A stretch of DNA of 64,000 nt from Bacteroidales bacterium (GCA_029210565.1 JARGFQ010000016.1:2313-66312), one strand, 5' to 3'. Positions 19,468 through 28,580 are shown, counted from the stretch's first letter. Notes: generated by a model not told the origin, from the sequence alone. Numbers and translations: made by a program.

Positions 19468-20121
19468 CTACAAAAATAAAGTCTGCTCTTCCTTCATACG
19501 CCGCACAGAGAGGATCACACTCTCTATCTCATCACTCAGGTTGACATTGTTGACAACCACGTATTGAGGCACCTTAAGCAATACGGGAGAGAAATTCACT
19601 ATACCCCTTATCCCCAGGTTAACAAGTTCATCACACACCTCCTGTGCCGAAATCTCAGGTACGGCAAGAATTGCCACGGTGACACCGAACCGCTCCGTGA
19701 TCTCCTCAAGACGCTCCATGGGGTAGACGTGAATGTCACTCCTGCTCTTATGCTTGTAAGGATCTATATCAAAGGTGGCAACGATATTTATTCCACGCCC
19801 TGCAAACCTTTCATACCGCGATAGAGCCTGACCAAGATTACCCATACCCACCACCACCACATTGCTCTTCCTGTCACGGCTGAAGATAACCTCAATCGCC
19901 CTGATAAGAGACTCCGTAAGATAGCCGCCCCTCCTGTTACCCTTGATTCCATATTCGGAAAAATCCTTCCTCACCTGCTCGGGAGTTACCCCTGCCTTAC
20001 CTGCAAGAGTATAGGAATATACCCGGGTTACCCCCATTGCCTTTAGCCTCATCAATAACCCATGATAGGACAATATCCTCCTCAGGCTGTTCCTGACACT
20101 GTATTTTGTGAATTGTTTCAC
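19468..20121 (-). CDS. rex: Redox-sensing transcriptional repressor Rex
   Basis: 217 aa. N-terminal winged-helix region (RRILSYHGLLMRL...VRKDFSEYG) and a Rossmann NADH site VVVVGMGNLGQAL. GTG start. It lies 27 nt upstream of hypF. Confidence 0.9.
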   Translation of the reverse strand: MKQFTKYSVRNSLRRILSYHGLLMRLKAMGVTRVYSYTLAGKAGVTPEQVRKDFSEYGIKGNRRGGYLTESLIRAIEVIFSRDRKSNVVVVGMGNLGQALSRYERFAGRGINIVATFDIDPYKHKSRSDIHVYPMERLEEITERFGVTVAILAVPEISAQEVCDELVNLGIRGIVNFSPVLLKVPQYVVVNNVNLSDEIESVILSVRRMKEEQTLFL

Positions 20122-20123
20122 AA
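20106..20123. promoter_or_regulatory. Perfect Rex operator overlapping the rex start codon
   Basis: TTGTGAA-TTGT-TTCACAA matches both half-sites of the Rex consensus TTGTGAA-N4-TTCACAA exactly. The rex GTG start (rc of 20119-20121) lies inside the right half-site. Confidence 0.7.
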
Positions 20124-20287
20124 TAGATCACTGTCATACGATTGCCTTATGCAAGTTAAACTAACTTTTTCAAACAGCGTATAAAAAATATTTAATTGAT
20201 TATGAGTATTTTATTTACCAAAAAATTCATTCTGACCATAAACAGGCAAAAAAAACTTGACTTGAGTTTATTGCACACCTAACTTTA

Positions 20288-20309
20288 TTATGTGAATCTT
20301 CTCACATAA
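20288..20309. promoter_or_regulatory. 22-bp palindrome (Rex/CRP-class TGTGA-N6-TCACA) abutting the first gene of the [NiFe] operon
   Basis: TTATGTGA-ATCTTC-TCACATAA has perfect 8-bp arms and ends 1 nt before the ATG at 20311. Confidence 0.55.
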
Positions 20310-20310
20310 A

Positions 20311-21300
20311 ATGTTCTACGCAGGTATCAGGAAAGAAGATTGGCATCGTTCACTGGAAAAACTGCTCACCACTTATGACATTTTTGTTCCGGTGAAAGAT
20401 GAGTTCAGCCTTGACTACGAGCCGTTCAGGCCGGGTCAGGCGGATAGAATAGCATACAACACCCCCAAGCCTGCCACTCCGCTGAAGAATTTCTTTCTCC
20501 CAGTCAGGGAGAATGTGACTTCAGCAAGAGCTGGCAGCAAGCCCAGGATCATCATCGGAGTGCCCAACTGTGACATTGAGGCACTGATGCTACTTGACGA
20601 GATATACCTTGATGAGGTTTTTGCCGATCCCTGGTACCGGAGCAGGAGGGACAGCACCATACTGGTGGCGTCAGACTGCTATACGGTGGATGATCACTGC
20701 CACTGCCTCTCCTATGGGGTAAAGCCCTGGTCCATGGCCCATGCCGATATGGCGATCCTCGCCGAGGGAGACCAGATCTTCCTGAGGGTAATGTCTGAGA
20801 CGGGGAAGGAGATTGCAGAGCAGCTCACTGACATATACAGTGTGGACGATGCTGCTGCTGTCTCTTTTGCGGAGCAGAGGCACAGTGAGACCGAAGAGCT
20901 TCTCACCGCCCTTAATGCAGGGCTCCCTGATTACACTACTACCGGTGAGATCATACAGAAGGCAGGTGATCAGATCTGGGAAAAATATGCCGCAAAGTGT
21001 GTCTCCTGCGGTGCCTGCACCACAATCTGTCCCACATGCAGCTGCTTTCTCCTGATTGACAAGCCCGATTTTGAAAAAGTGAAACAGATGGATGCCTGCC
21101 AGTACCCCGGGTTTGAGAGGGTGGCGGGAGGTGAGGATGCTCTCTTTGAACTTCACCGGCGCTTCAGGAACAGGTATATGTGCAAGTACGTCTGGAGGCC
21201 TCAGCAATTCAACTCCCTGGCTTGCACCGGTTGCGGCAGGTGCATCGAGGCATGTATTGGAAAGATCAATAAGAACGAACTGTTCATGGAACTCACCTGA
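20311..21300 (+). CDS. Sulfhydrogenase beta / AsrA-like 2x[4Fe-4S] electron-transfer subunit
   Basis: 329 aa. Cys clusters CVSCGACTTICPTCSCF and CTGCGRCIEAC. The length and layout match HydB(beta)/AsrA-type proteins. Confidence 0.7.
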   Translation: MFYAGIRKEDWHRSLEKLLTTYDIFVPVKDEFSLDYEPFRPGQADRIAYNTPKPATPLKNFFLPVRENVTSARAGSKPRIIIGVPNCDIEALMLLDEIYLDEVFADPWYRSRRDSTILVASDCYTVDDHCHCLSYGVKPWSMAHADMAILAEGDQIFLRVMSETGKEIAEQLTDIYSVDDAAAVSFAEQRHSETEELLTALNAGLPDYTTTGEIIQKAGDQIWEKYAAKCVSCGACTTICPTCSCFLLIDKPDFEKVKQMDACQYPGFERVAGGEDALFELHRRFRNRYMCKYVWRPQQFNSLACTGCGRCIEACIGKINKNELFMELT

Positions 21301-21308
21301 AAACCGTT

Positions 21309-22136
21309 ATGGACAGCCATACCAATAATATATATAAGCCGCTGCGGGCTACACTTGAGGATGTGATAGAGGAATCACCCCTCATCAAGACTTTCGTCCT
21401 CACTCCCGACGAAGAGTTCGTGTTCAAAACGGGCCAGTTCATCGAGCTCTCCGTTGACGGCGTGGGCGAGGCCCCCTTTACCCCCTCATCATCACCCCTG
21501 GTGACTGACAGGCTCGAAGTCACCGTGATGAAGACAGGATATGTGACCGGCATCATGCATGAGCTTAAGCCGGGAGCCGTGATGGGTATCAGGGGCCCTT
21601 ACGGACGAGGTTACCCTGTCAGTGAATTTGAAGGAAAAGAGGTGCTGATCCTCGGCGGAGGCTGCGGTCTTGCTCCCATAAGGTCGCTGCTCTACACCCT
21701 CGAACACATGAAGGATGACCTCGAGAAGGTGATTCTCTGCTACGGCTCCAAGACACCGGCCGACTGCATCTACAAGCCGCTCTTCAGCAGGCTTAACAGT
21801 ATAGACAAGTTTGAAGCTCACCGCACGGTGGATATAACCGATGACGACTGGGACGGGCCGGTTGGTGTGGCCACCATCCTGCTTGATAACGTAAAGGTAA
21901 GGATTGACAACTCCGTAGCCGTGGTCTGTGGACCACCGATCATGATGAAATTCGGGACTATAAGGCTTCTGGAGATGGGTTACCGTGACGTGCAGATCTA
22001 CCTCTCAATGGAAAAAAACATGTCGTGCGGCCTTGGTAAATGCGGCCACTGCATGATGGGTGAATTTTTCGTCTGCAAGGATGGCCCTGTCTTTACCTAC
22101 AACGAAATAAAACATAATCCTGAAATATGGAAATAA
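21309..22136 (+). CDS. Sulfhydrogenase gamma / AsrB-like FAD-NAD(P)-binding subunit with a C-terminal [2Fe-2S]
   Basis: 275 aa. FNR-like FAD motif region (APFTPSS), NAD(P) loop LILGGGCGLAPI, and C-terminal CGLGKCGHCMMGEFFVCKDGPVF. Confidence 0.75.
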   Translation: MDSHTNNIYKPLRATLEDVIEESPLIKTFVLTPDEEFVFKTGQFIELSVDGVGEAPFTPSSSPLVTDRLEVTVMKTGYVTGIMHELKPGAVMGIRGPYGRGYPVSEFEGKEVLILGGGCGLAPIRSLLYTLEHMKDDLEKVILCYGSKTPADCIYKPLFSRLNSIDKFEAHRTVDITDDDWDGPVGVATILLDNVKVRIDNSVAVVCGPPIMMKFGTIRLLEMGYRDVQIYLSMEKNMSCGLGKCGHCMMGEFFVCKDGPVFTYNEIKHNPEIWK

Positions 22137-22151
22137 CCTAACAAGAATGTC

Positions 22152-22607
22152 ATGAAGGTGGAAATTGATGATCTGAAACAGATCAGATTCTTTGAGAAAT
22201 ACTCTGATGACCAGCTCAGAACGATTGCCATGATATCTTCCATCAGGGAATTCAAGGTTAAGGAAATTCTCTTCGAACAGTATGATGAACTTTCGGAAGT
22301 CTTCGTTTTGCTGTCAGGATCGCTCTCATTGGGTATCAGCCTGCCAAAAGATAAAAGGATACATCTGGGGTCCATTACAGAGGGCCAGCTATTCTCCTGG
22401 TCAGCCGTCTTCCAACCCTACATATCCACCGCATGGGTGATGGCAGTCACTCCTGCCAGGGTAATAGCCATAGATGCACATAAGCTGAATGCAGAGATTG
22501 AGAGGGACTGCGACTTCGGTTTCAAGACCATGTCGAAGATTGCCCAGACTATTTCTCAAAGGCTCAGTGATACAAGGTTCCAGCTCATGAACCAGCTGAA
22601 CCTATAG
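22152..22607 (+). CDS. Stand-alone cyclic-nucleotide-binding-like domain protein (no DNA-binding domain; degenerate phosphate-binding cassette)
   Basis: 151 aa. CNB-fold pattern FFEKYSDDQL...FKVKEILFEQYD...VFVLLSGSL. At the PBC position it has FSWSAV...YISTAWV instead of FGE.A...RSA. Confidence 0.6.
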   Translation: MKVEIDDLKQIRFFEKYSDDQLRTIAMISSIREFKVKEILFEQYDELSEVFVLLSGSLSLGISLPKDKRIHLGSITEGQLFSWSAVFQPYISTAWVMAVTPARVIAIDAHKLNAEIERDCDFGFKTMSKIAQTISQRLSDTRFQLMNQLNL

Positions 22608-22619
22608 ACAGGATAGCTC

Positions 22620-23111
22620 ATGAAGGTGCTTATAGATATGATAGAACTGAGGACTGCCATGACGCAGAACCCGTCTCTCATGCTTCCTGAGGCTCTCTGT
22701 TACAGCTCAGCCAACACCAACGGTCTTAAGACCATACGTGAGCTGGCCACCTTCAGGTTTACATGCCGCAGGTGCGAAGATGCTCCGTGTATTGCCGTAT
22801 GCCCTGCCGATGCCCTTGAAAAGGATGAGGAGGGGGTGATCATGCGCCATACCAACCTCTGCGTCTCGTGCAAGTCGTGCGTCACGATCTGTCCCTTTGG
22901 CACCATGATGACCGATTTCTTCAGCCATCACCGCAATAAAGATCTGCTTTATGATCTGTGTGATCATGAAGAGGCCCTTAAGTTTGTTGAAGCATGCCCG
23001 CCGGGAACGGCGATGCTCACCGATAGAAAGGAAAATCCTAAAGAGCATATCTACAAGCTGAATGAGAAGGTGCTCATCAGGGAATACATTTACGAAACTG
23101 AAAAAGAGTAA
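22620..23111 (+). CDS. HycB/CooF-like 4Fe-4S ferredoxin subunit
   Basis: 163 aa. CRRCEDAPCIAVCP and CVSCKSCVTICP motifs. Confidence 0.75.
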   Translation: MKVLIDMIELRTAMTQNPSLMLPEALCYSSANTNGLKTIRELATFRFTCRRCEDAPCIAVCPADALEKDEEGVIMRHTNLCVSCKSCVTICPFGTMMTDFFSHHRNKDLLYDLCDHEEALKFVEACPPGTAMLTDRKENPKEHIYKLNEKVLIREYIYETEKE

Positions 23112-23122
23112 CGAGCAGGACT

Positions 23123-24052
23123 ATGGCGGTATATCTCTTCTATTTCCTTATCTTCCCGGGATTGCTCTTCATGGCGGTCGCGGGGGCATTACTCTCATGG
23201 TATGACAGGAAGATCACCGCCAGGGTTCAGTTTCGCAAAGGACCGCCTCTGCTTCAGCCCTTCTATGACTTCTTCAAGCTGCTGCTGGTCAAGGAGTCTA
23301 TCCTCCCGAAGCACGGTTCACGCTCCGTCTTCCTTATCGCACCGCTCCTTGGAGTATTCGGGGCGGCGATGGCCGGCCTGTTTATCCTCCTTCCGCTCTT
23401 TGACATAGAGACAGGTTTCAGGGGCGACATAATCGTCATTTTCTACCTGCTCACTCTTCCCTCTTTCTCATATATCATCGGCTCCCTGGCCTCGGGAAAT
23501 CCCCTGGCAGCAGTGGGAGCCTCACGCGAGATGAAGCTGATAATCAGTTATGAGCTCACCTTCCTCCTCGTGGTGGCCGCCGTGATTATGAAGAGCGGAC
23601 AGCAGTTTGACATGAACAGCATCATTGAGACACAGCAGACAGGCAGACCGTTTATCGGAAGCATCTCCGGTGTGCTTCTCTTCGTTGCAGGAGTGTTCTG
23701 CATACAGGCAAAACTGGCACTGGTACCCTTTGACATGCCCGAGGCCGAGACTGAGCTTGCTTCAGGCATATATATAGAATATTCCGGTCCCCCCTACGCG
23801 ATGATAAAACTGGCAAAGTACATCATGTTCTTCATCCTGCCGGCTTTCCTCGTCGCCATACTCTTGAACGGCATGAACCCGGGCATAAACATCATCTGGT
23901 TCATACTGAAGATCCTCGGAGTGGTGCTTCTGCTCACACTGATAAGAAATACCAACCCGAGACTGAAGATAAAGCAGGCATCCGGCTTCTTTCTCATATG
24001 GATGAACCTGCTTGTTGTCGTAGCCATTGTGCTGATTGCATTCGGATTATAA
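23123..24052 (+). CDS. NuoH / HycD / MbhM-like membrane subunit
   Basis: 309 aa, about 8 TM segments. NuoH-type motifs RKITARVQFRKGP and LVPFDMPEAETEL. Confidence 0.85.
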   Translation: MAVYLFYFLIFPGLLFMAVAGALLSWYDRKITARVQFRKGPPLLQPFYDFFKLLLVKESILPKHGSRSVFLIAPLLGVFGAAMAGLFILLPLFDIETGFRGDIIVIFYLLTLPSFSYIIGSLASGNPLAAVGASREMKLIISYELTFLLVVAAVIMKSGQQFDMNSIIETQQTGRPFIGSISGVLLFVAGVFCIQAKLALVPFDMPEAETELASGIYIEYSGPPYAMIKLAKYIMFFILPAFLVAILLNGMNPGINIIWFILKILGVVLLLTLIRNTNPRLKIKQASGFFLIWMNLLVVVAIVLIAFGL

Positions 24053-24063
24053 AAACACAGACC

Positions 24064-24477
24064 GTGGGCTTCAAGGATTATTGTTTCAGGAAATCACTCT
24101 GGGTCTTTCACTTCGGGGGAGCATCATGCAACAACTGTGATATCGAGATCCTTGATTGCCTGACACCGAGGCATGACCTTGAACGCTTTGGCATTTTGCT
24201 GGTGGGAAGCATAAGGCACGCCGATGTGCTGCTGGTCAACGGCTCCATCAACCGCCGCGACAGGGACCGGCTGCTGGAACTCTACAGGCAGGCACCAAAA
24301 CCTATCCTCGTGGTGGCCATAGGCGCCTGCGGATGCACCGGAGGGATCTTTGCCGAGGGCAACACCTTTGCCGGGCCCGTCGACAAGATCATCCCGGTAG
24401 ATGCCTACATCCCGGGATGCCCCCCTAAACCCGAGGCTATAATTGCAGGAATAGTAAAACTGGCAGGGAAAAAATAG
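24064..24477 (+). CDS. Group-4 [NiFe]-hydrogenase small subunit (NuoB / MbhJ-like)
   Basis: GTG start just after the nuoH-like stop. Proximal-cluster Cys residues: GGASCNNCDIE, GACGCTGG, PGCPP. Confidence 0.85.
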   Translation: MGFKDYCFRKSLWVFHFGGASCNNCDIEILDCLTPRHDLERFGILLVGSIRHADVLLVNGSINRRDRDRLLELYRQAPKPILVVAIGACGCTGGIFAEGNTFAGPVDKIIPVDAYIPGCPPKPEAIIAGIVKLAGKK

Positions 24478-24487
24478 CGATAAAGGC

Positions 24488-24925
24488 ATGGATACAGAGG
24501 CAGCCATTAACAAACTGACAGGTAAATTCATCGATGAAATTGCCGAAGTGACCCTCCAGAAGGGCAAACGCGCAATCGTCACCATCAGGCCCACCGCCCT
24601 CCTCACCCTCTCCGAATACCTCTTTAAAAGCGAAGGCTTCAGGTTTATCATTGCCTCAGCCATGCATACCAGGCGTGGCTTTGAAATATACTACCACTTT
24701 AGCCTCGATGCTGACGGAATAATACTCAGCCTCCATGTCATCCTTGACAAAGAGAAACCGCATATTGAATCTCTCTCCAACATGTTCAGCGCATCAAACT
24801 GGATAGAGAGAGAGATGCATGAACTCTTCGGCATTGACTTCCTCCACCATCCCAACCAGGAGAAACTGCTCTCTGAGGGCAACTGGGCTGAGGGTGTCTA
24901 CCCTTACCGGAAAGAGTTCAAATAA
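24488..24925 (+). CDS. NuoC / MbhK-like subunit
   Basis: 145 aa. NuoC-type C-terminal region ANWIEREMHELFGIDF. Confidence 0.8.
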   Translation: MDTEAAINKLTGKFIDEIAEVTLQKGKRAIVTIRPTALLTLSEYLFKSEGFRFIIASAMHTRRGFEIYYHFSLDADGIILSLHVILDKEKPHIESLSNMFSASNWIEREMHELFGIDFLHHPNQEKLLSEGNWAEGVYPYRKEFK

Positions 24926-24938
24926 CACCCTGACAACC

Positions 24939-26144
24939 ATGAGCAGAAAAACACTCATACCGATAGGACCCTACCACCCGCTCCAGGAAGAGCCTGAACT
25001 CTTCAAGCTATACTGCGACGGAGAGATTGTCAGGGATATCAAATGGGAGACCGGCTACAACCACCGCGGCATAGAGAAACTGAGTGAGTCAAAGAGCTAT
25101 GACCAGGTCTTCTTCCTTGTCGAACGTATCTGCGGTATCTGCTCCACCTCCCACCCCTTCGCCTTCGCCAACGCCGTGGAAGAGATAGTCGGTGTCGAGA
25201 TCACTGACAGGACCAAATACATCAGGTCTGTCATCGGGGAGCTTGAACGAATCCACAGCCACCTTCTCTGGGTAGGCCTCGCAGGCCATTTTCTGGGTTA
25301 CAACACTGTCTTCATGTGGGCGTGGAAGTACCGCGAGCCCATTCTTGACCTCTTCGAGATGATAACAGGCAACAGGAACAGCTATGCCATGTTCAAGGTA
25401 GGTGGCGTAAGACGAGACATCGAGAAGAGCAAGATACCGGCCATCAGGAGGGAGATGGGCGTCATACGCAAGAAGCTGGACCTCCTCACGGGAGCGGTCA
25501 TGGATGACCCTGTCATACATGCCAGAACCAAAGGCGTGGGAATCCTGACACGGCAGGACATAATCGATTACGCTGCCGTGGGGCCCACCGCCAGGGCATC
25601 AGGCGTTGACATCGATGTGCGCAGGGATGACCCCTATGCAGCATACCCGCTAGTCAACTGGAAGGTGATAACGGCCGGGGCCGGAGATGTCTTCGCCAAA
25701 GCTGAGGTGAGGCTTCTTGAGATGTACGAATCGGCCTCAATTATTGAACAGTGTCTTGATGCACTCGAAAAACTGGAAGAGGGTAATATTGCGCTGAAGA
25801 TAAATGAGATACCCGCCGGGATAGGAACCGGGCGGGCTGAAGCGCCCAGGGGAGAAGTGTTCCACTTCGTCGTCTCCGACGGCTCCAACTCGCCGGCAAG
25901 GCATAAGATACGAGCCCCGAGCTATACCAACATAGCAACATTCAAAAAATCATGCATCGGACAGACTATCGCCGATGCCACTATCTCTCTCGCGGCAGTT
26001 GATCCCTGCTACTGCTGCACCGAGAGAATGGCAGCAGCCTATGACAGCTCTTCAGGGGAGAAGATCCTCAATGCCAATGAGCTCATTGAGATTTCAATGA
26101 AGAGAACAAAAGAATTAAGGAAATCAGAAGCAGGTCATGAATGA
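24939..26144 (+). CDS. Group-4 [NiFe]-hydrogenase large (catalytic) subunit (MbhL / EchE / HycE-like)
   Basis: Starts MSRKTLIPIGPYHPLQEEP. NiFe ligand motifs ERICGICSTSH (N-terminal) and DPCYCCTER (C-terminal), followed by a ~35-aa tail. The track ORF starting at 24819 overlaps the nuoC-like gene. Confidence 0.9.
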   Translation: MSRKTLIPIGPYHPLQEEPELFKLYCDGEIVRDIKWETGYNHRGIEKLSESKSYDQVFFLVERICGICSTSHPFAFANAVEEIVGVEITDRTKYIRSVIGELERIHSHLLWVGLAGHFLGYNTVFMWAWKYREPILDLFEMITGNRNSYAMFKVGGVRRDIEKSKIPAIRREMGVIRKKLDLLTGAVMDDPVIHARTKGVGILTRQDIIDYAAVGPTARASGVDIDVRRDDPYAAYPLVNWKVITAGAGDVFAKAEVRLLEMYESASIIEQCLDALEKLEEGNIALKINEIPAGIGTGRAEAPRGEVFHFVVSDGSNSPARHKIRAPSYTNIATFKKSCIGQTIADATISLAAVDPCYCCTERMAAAYDSSSGEKILNANELIEISMKRTKELRKSEAGHE

Positions 26145-28038
26145 GCCACTTGCCATATTAGCTGAACCGTCTGCATGCTGGATGCTCCAGATGCTGATAA
26201 TGATACCTCTGGCTGCAGGGTTACTGCTTTTCCTGGTCCCCGAAAGGTTCCGGATGGCCAAAGGAATACTGGCTATGGCTGTGACCCTGTACGCCGGATA
26301 CCTCTCTCTCGGCCTTTACACCTCCGCCAAACAGATGATCATGCAGGGAGAAACAGTCAGACAGGGCTGCCTCACCCTCTTTGACTTCGACCTCCTGCAG
26401 AAGGCCGGTGAATACCTTACATTCACCGTCGACGGCCTCAGCAAGCTGATCGTTCTGTTTGTCAGCATCCTGGCCATACTGATACTGCTATATACAATTG
26501 TCTACAACAGGACCGCAAAAGTACCTGGATACTACCAGTGGTTCCTCATCACCCTGGGCTGCACCTACGGTGCCGTGCTCTCTGACAACCTGATCCTCTT
26601 CATCATGTTCTGGGGTATCCTCGGCATCACCCTGTACAAGCTGATACCCGGGAGGGACGAGGAGAGCTCCGCTGCTGCCAAAAAGACCATGATACTTATC
26701 GGGGCATCAGACACCATCATGCTCCTGGGCATCGCTCTCCTCTGGAGACTCACTGACACCCTGAGCATTAACGGCATATCCCTGGAGACCAATAACATTC
26801 TTACTGTCACGGCATTCCTTGCCCTGCTTGTCGGCAGCTTCACCAAGGCCGGCGCCTTCCCGTTCCATTCGTGGGTACCTGATTACGCCACCAACGCCCC
26901 TGCATCCTCATCAGCCCTGCTGCCCGCGTCACTCGACAAGCTGCTGGGAATATACTTCCTGGCCAGGATCACAAACGACCTGTTCATAATGACCCAGGGT
27001 ATTAAACTTACAATGCTTATCATCGGTGTAATAACAATCATCACAGCCGTACTGATGGCATTGATGCAGCACGACTATAAGCGGCTGCTCGGTTATCATG
27101 CCGTTTCCCAGGTGGGTTACATGATAGTCGGTTTTGGCCTCGGATCGCTTGTGGGAATAGCAGCAGGACTCTTCCACATGATAAACAACGCACTTTACAA
27201 GAGTGGCCTCTTCCTGGCTGCCGGTGCAGTGGAACAACGTACAGGAAAGAGTGACATCAGTGATCTGGGAGGCCTCTCCGGGGCTATGCCCGTGACATTC
27301 GTCGCCTCCCTGATCTTCGCCATGTCAATCTCAGGGGTCCCTCCTTTCAACGGCTTTGCATCCAAATGGATGATATACCAGGGGATAATTGATTTCGGGG
27401 CCGGTGACGGTATAGCCTCAAGCCTCTGGATAGTATGGCTCGGACTGGCAGTGCTCGGCTCAGCACTGACGCTGGCCAGCTTCATAAAATTCATCGGGGG
27501 GATCTTCCTCGGAAGAAGAGAGCCCTGGCTCGATAAAATCAGGGAGGTGCCCTTCCTGATGTGGGCCCCGATGGCAATACTGGCACTCTTCTGCGTCCTC
27601 TTCGGCGTCTTCGCTACAGAGGTTGTAATCCCCCGACTCTTCACCCCCGTGGTCGGTGCTTTCACCTTCAACGGACTCTGGAGCTCATCCTTCGTCTCCC
27701 TGCTTGTCTTGATATCAATTATCCTTGGCCTGCTCATCTACCTCGCTGCCGGGAAGAAGAAATTCAGGACAGAAGAGAGCTTTATCGGCGGTGAAACGGT
27801 GGAGAAGCTCGGAGCTTCATATCCGGCTCCCGAGTTCTACAAGACCTTTACCGAGTTCGGCCTTTTCTCAAAAATCTATAAAAGAGCCGAAGCGAAGGCC
27901 TTCGACATCTATGACCTCTCAAAAGGGGCTGTTCTCTGGCTCAGCGAAAGGTTGAGCAGTGCTCATACCGGCGTGCTCCCAGGATATGTCATCTGGGTAT
28001 GCGCCGGACTGATAATCATGTTGCTGATAATGATCTGA
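26137..28038 (+). CDS. NuoL/MrpA/MbhH-class antiporter-like subunit
   Basis: 633 aa, polytopic. FPFHSWVPDYATNAPASSSALL motif. ATGAATGA overlap with the large subunit. Confidence 0.85.
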   Translation: MNEPLAILAEPSACWMLQMLIMIPLAAGLLLFLVPERFRMAKGILAMAVTLYAGYLSLGLYTSAKQMIMQGETVRQGCLTLFDFDLLQKAGEYLTFTVDGLSKLIVLFVSILAILILLYTIVYNRTAKVPGYYQWFLITLGCTYGAVLSDNLILFIMFWGILGITLYKLIPGRDEESSAAAKKTMILIGASDTIMLLGIALLWRLTDTLSINGISLETNNILTVTAFLALLVGSFTKAGAFPFHSWVPDYATNAPASSSALLPASLDKLLGIYFLARITNDLFIMTQGIKLTMLIIGVITIITAVLMALMQHDYKRLLGYHAVSQVGYMIVGFGLGSLVGIAAGLFHMINNALYKSGLFLAAGAVEQRTGKSDISDLGGLSGAMPVTFVASLIFAMSISGVPPFNGFASKWMIYQGIIDFGAGDGIASSLWIVWLGLAVLGSALTLASFIKFIGGIFLGRREPWLDKIREVPFLMWAPMAILALFCVLFGVFATEVVIPRLFTPVVGAFTFNGLWSSSFVSLLVLISIILGLLIYLAAGKKKFRTEESFIGGETVEKLGASYPAPEFYKTFTEFGLFSKIYKRAEAKAFDIYDLSKGAVLWLSERLSSAHTGVLPGYVIWVCAGLIIMLLIMI

Positions 28039-28050
28039 CACAAATAGACT

Positions 28051-28578
28051 ATGGAACTGGCAATATCGGTAATAGTAATTTTCATGATACTGGGTGCCAT
28101 CTATGCCATCCATGCCAGCGATATTCTTTCAGCAGTGATAGCAGGAGGCATAGTGGGCTATAGCCTCGTAATCTGTTTCCTCCTGCTGAAGGCGCCCGAC
28201 CTGGCAATAGTGCAGATAGTGGTGGAGACCATCACACTGATCATAATGGTGGCGGTGGTGCTTGACAGCTCGCGAAAAGAGGCATACGGTAAGTTTGACA
28301 CCCAGGCCTGGGTCACTGCAGCCACGGCCGTCGTAATACTGGCGATCCTCTTCTGGTTCCTGAAAGAGGCTTCAGCGCCCCTTGCCCCATTCGGTGAGAA
28401 TACAATGAGGATGGCCGATGCTTATGTAAACGGAGCCGTCGATAAGACCGGAAGTGTCAACCTTGTCACCGGAGTGCTTTTTGACTTCAGGGGATACGAT
28501 ACCCTCGGCGAGGCTACGGTGCTGGTCACAGCAGTGCTCGGCGTATTGACGATTCTCAGGATAAGAGGCAGGAAATGA
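28051..28578 (+). CDS. MbhD/MbhE-like (DUF4040 + MnhB N-terminal type) membrane subunit
   Basis: 175 aa. DLAIVQIVVE and FDFRGYDTLGEATV motifs. Confidence 0.7.
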   Translation: MELAISVIVIFMILGAIYAIHASDILSAVIAGGIVGYSLVICFLLLKAPDLAIVQIVVETITLIIMVAVVLDSSRKEAYGKFDTQAWVTAATAVVILAILFWFLKEASAPLAPFGENTMRMADAYVNGAVDKTGSVNLVTGVLFDFRGYDTLGEATVLVTAVLGVLTILRIRGRK

Positions 28579-28580
28579 AG

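Noticed and set aside
20288-20309. Assigning the palindrome unambiguously to Rex
   Set aside because: The TGTGA-N6-TCACA core is shared with CRP/FNR-family operators, and the inner positions deviate from the Rex consensus. I kept it as a regulatory palindrome with Rex as the leading candidate, not a firm call.
20311-22136. Anaerobic sulfite reductase AsrAB
   Set aside because: No AsrC-like siroheme catalytic subunit follows. The genes instead lead directly into hydrogenase subunits. I therefore treat them as a generic beta/gamma-type NAD(P)H electron-transfer module.
22152-22607. CRP/FNR-type transcription factor for the hydrogenase operon
   Set aside because: The protein is only 151 aa and has no C-terminal helix-turn-helix. 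It is a stand-alone CNB-fold domain, so it cannot be called a DNA-binding regulator.
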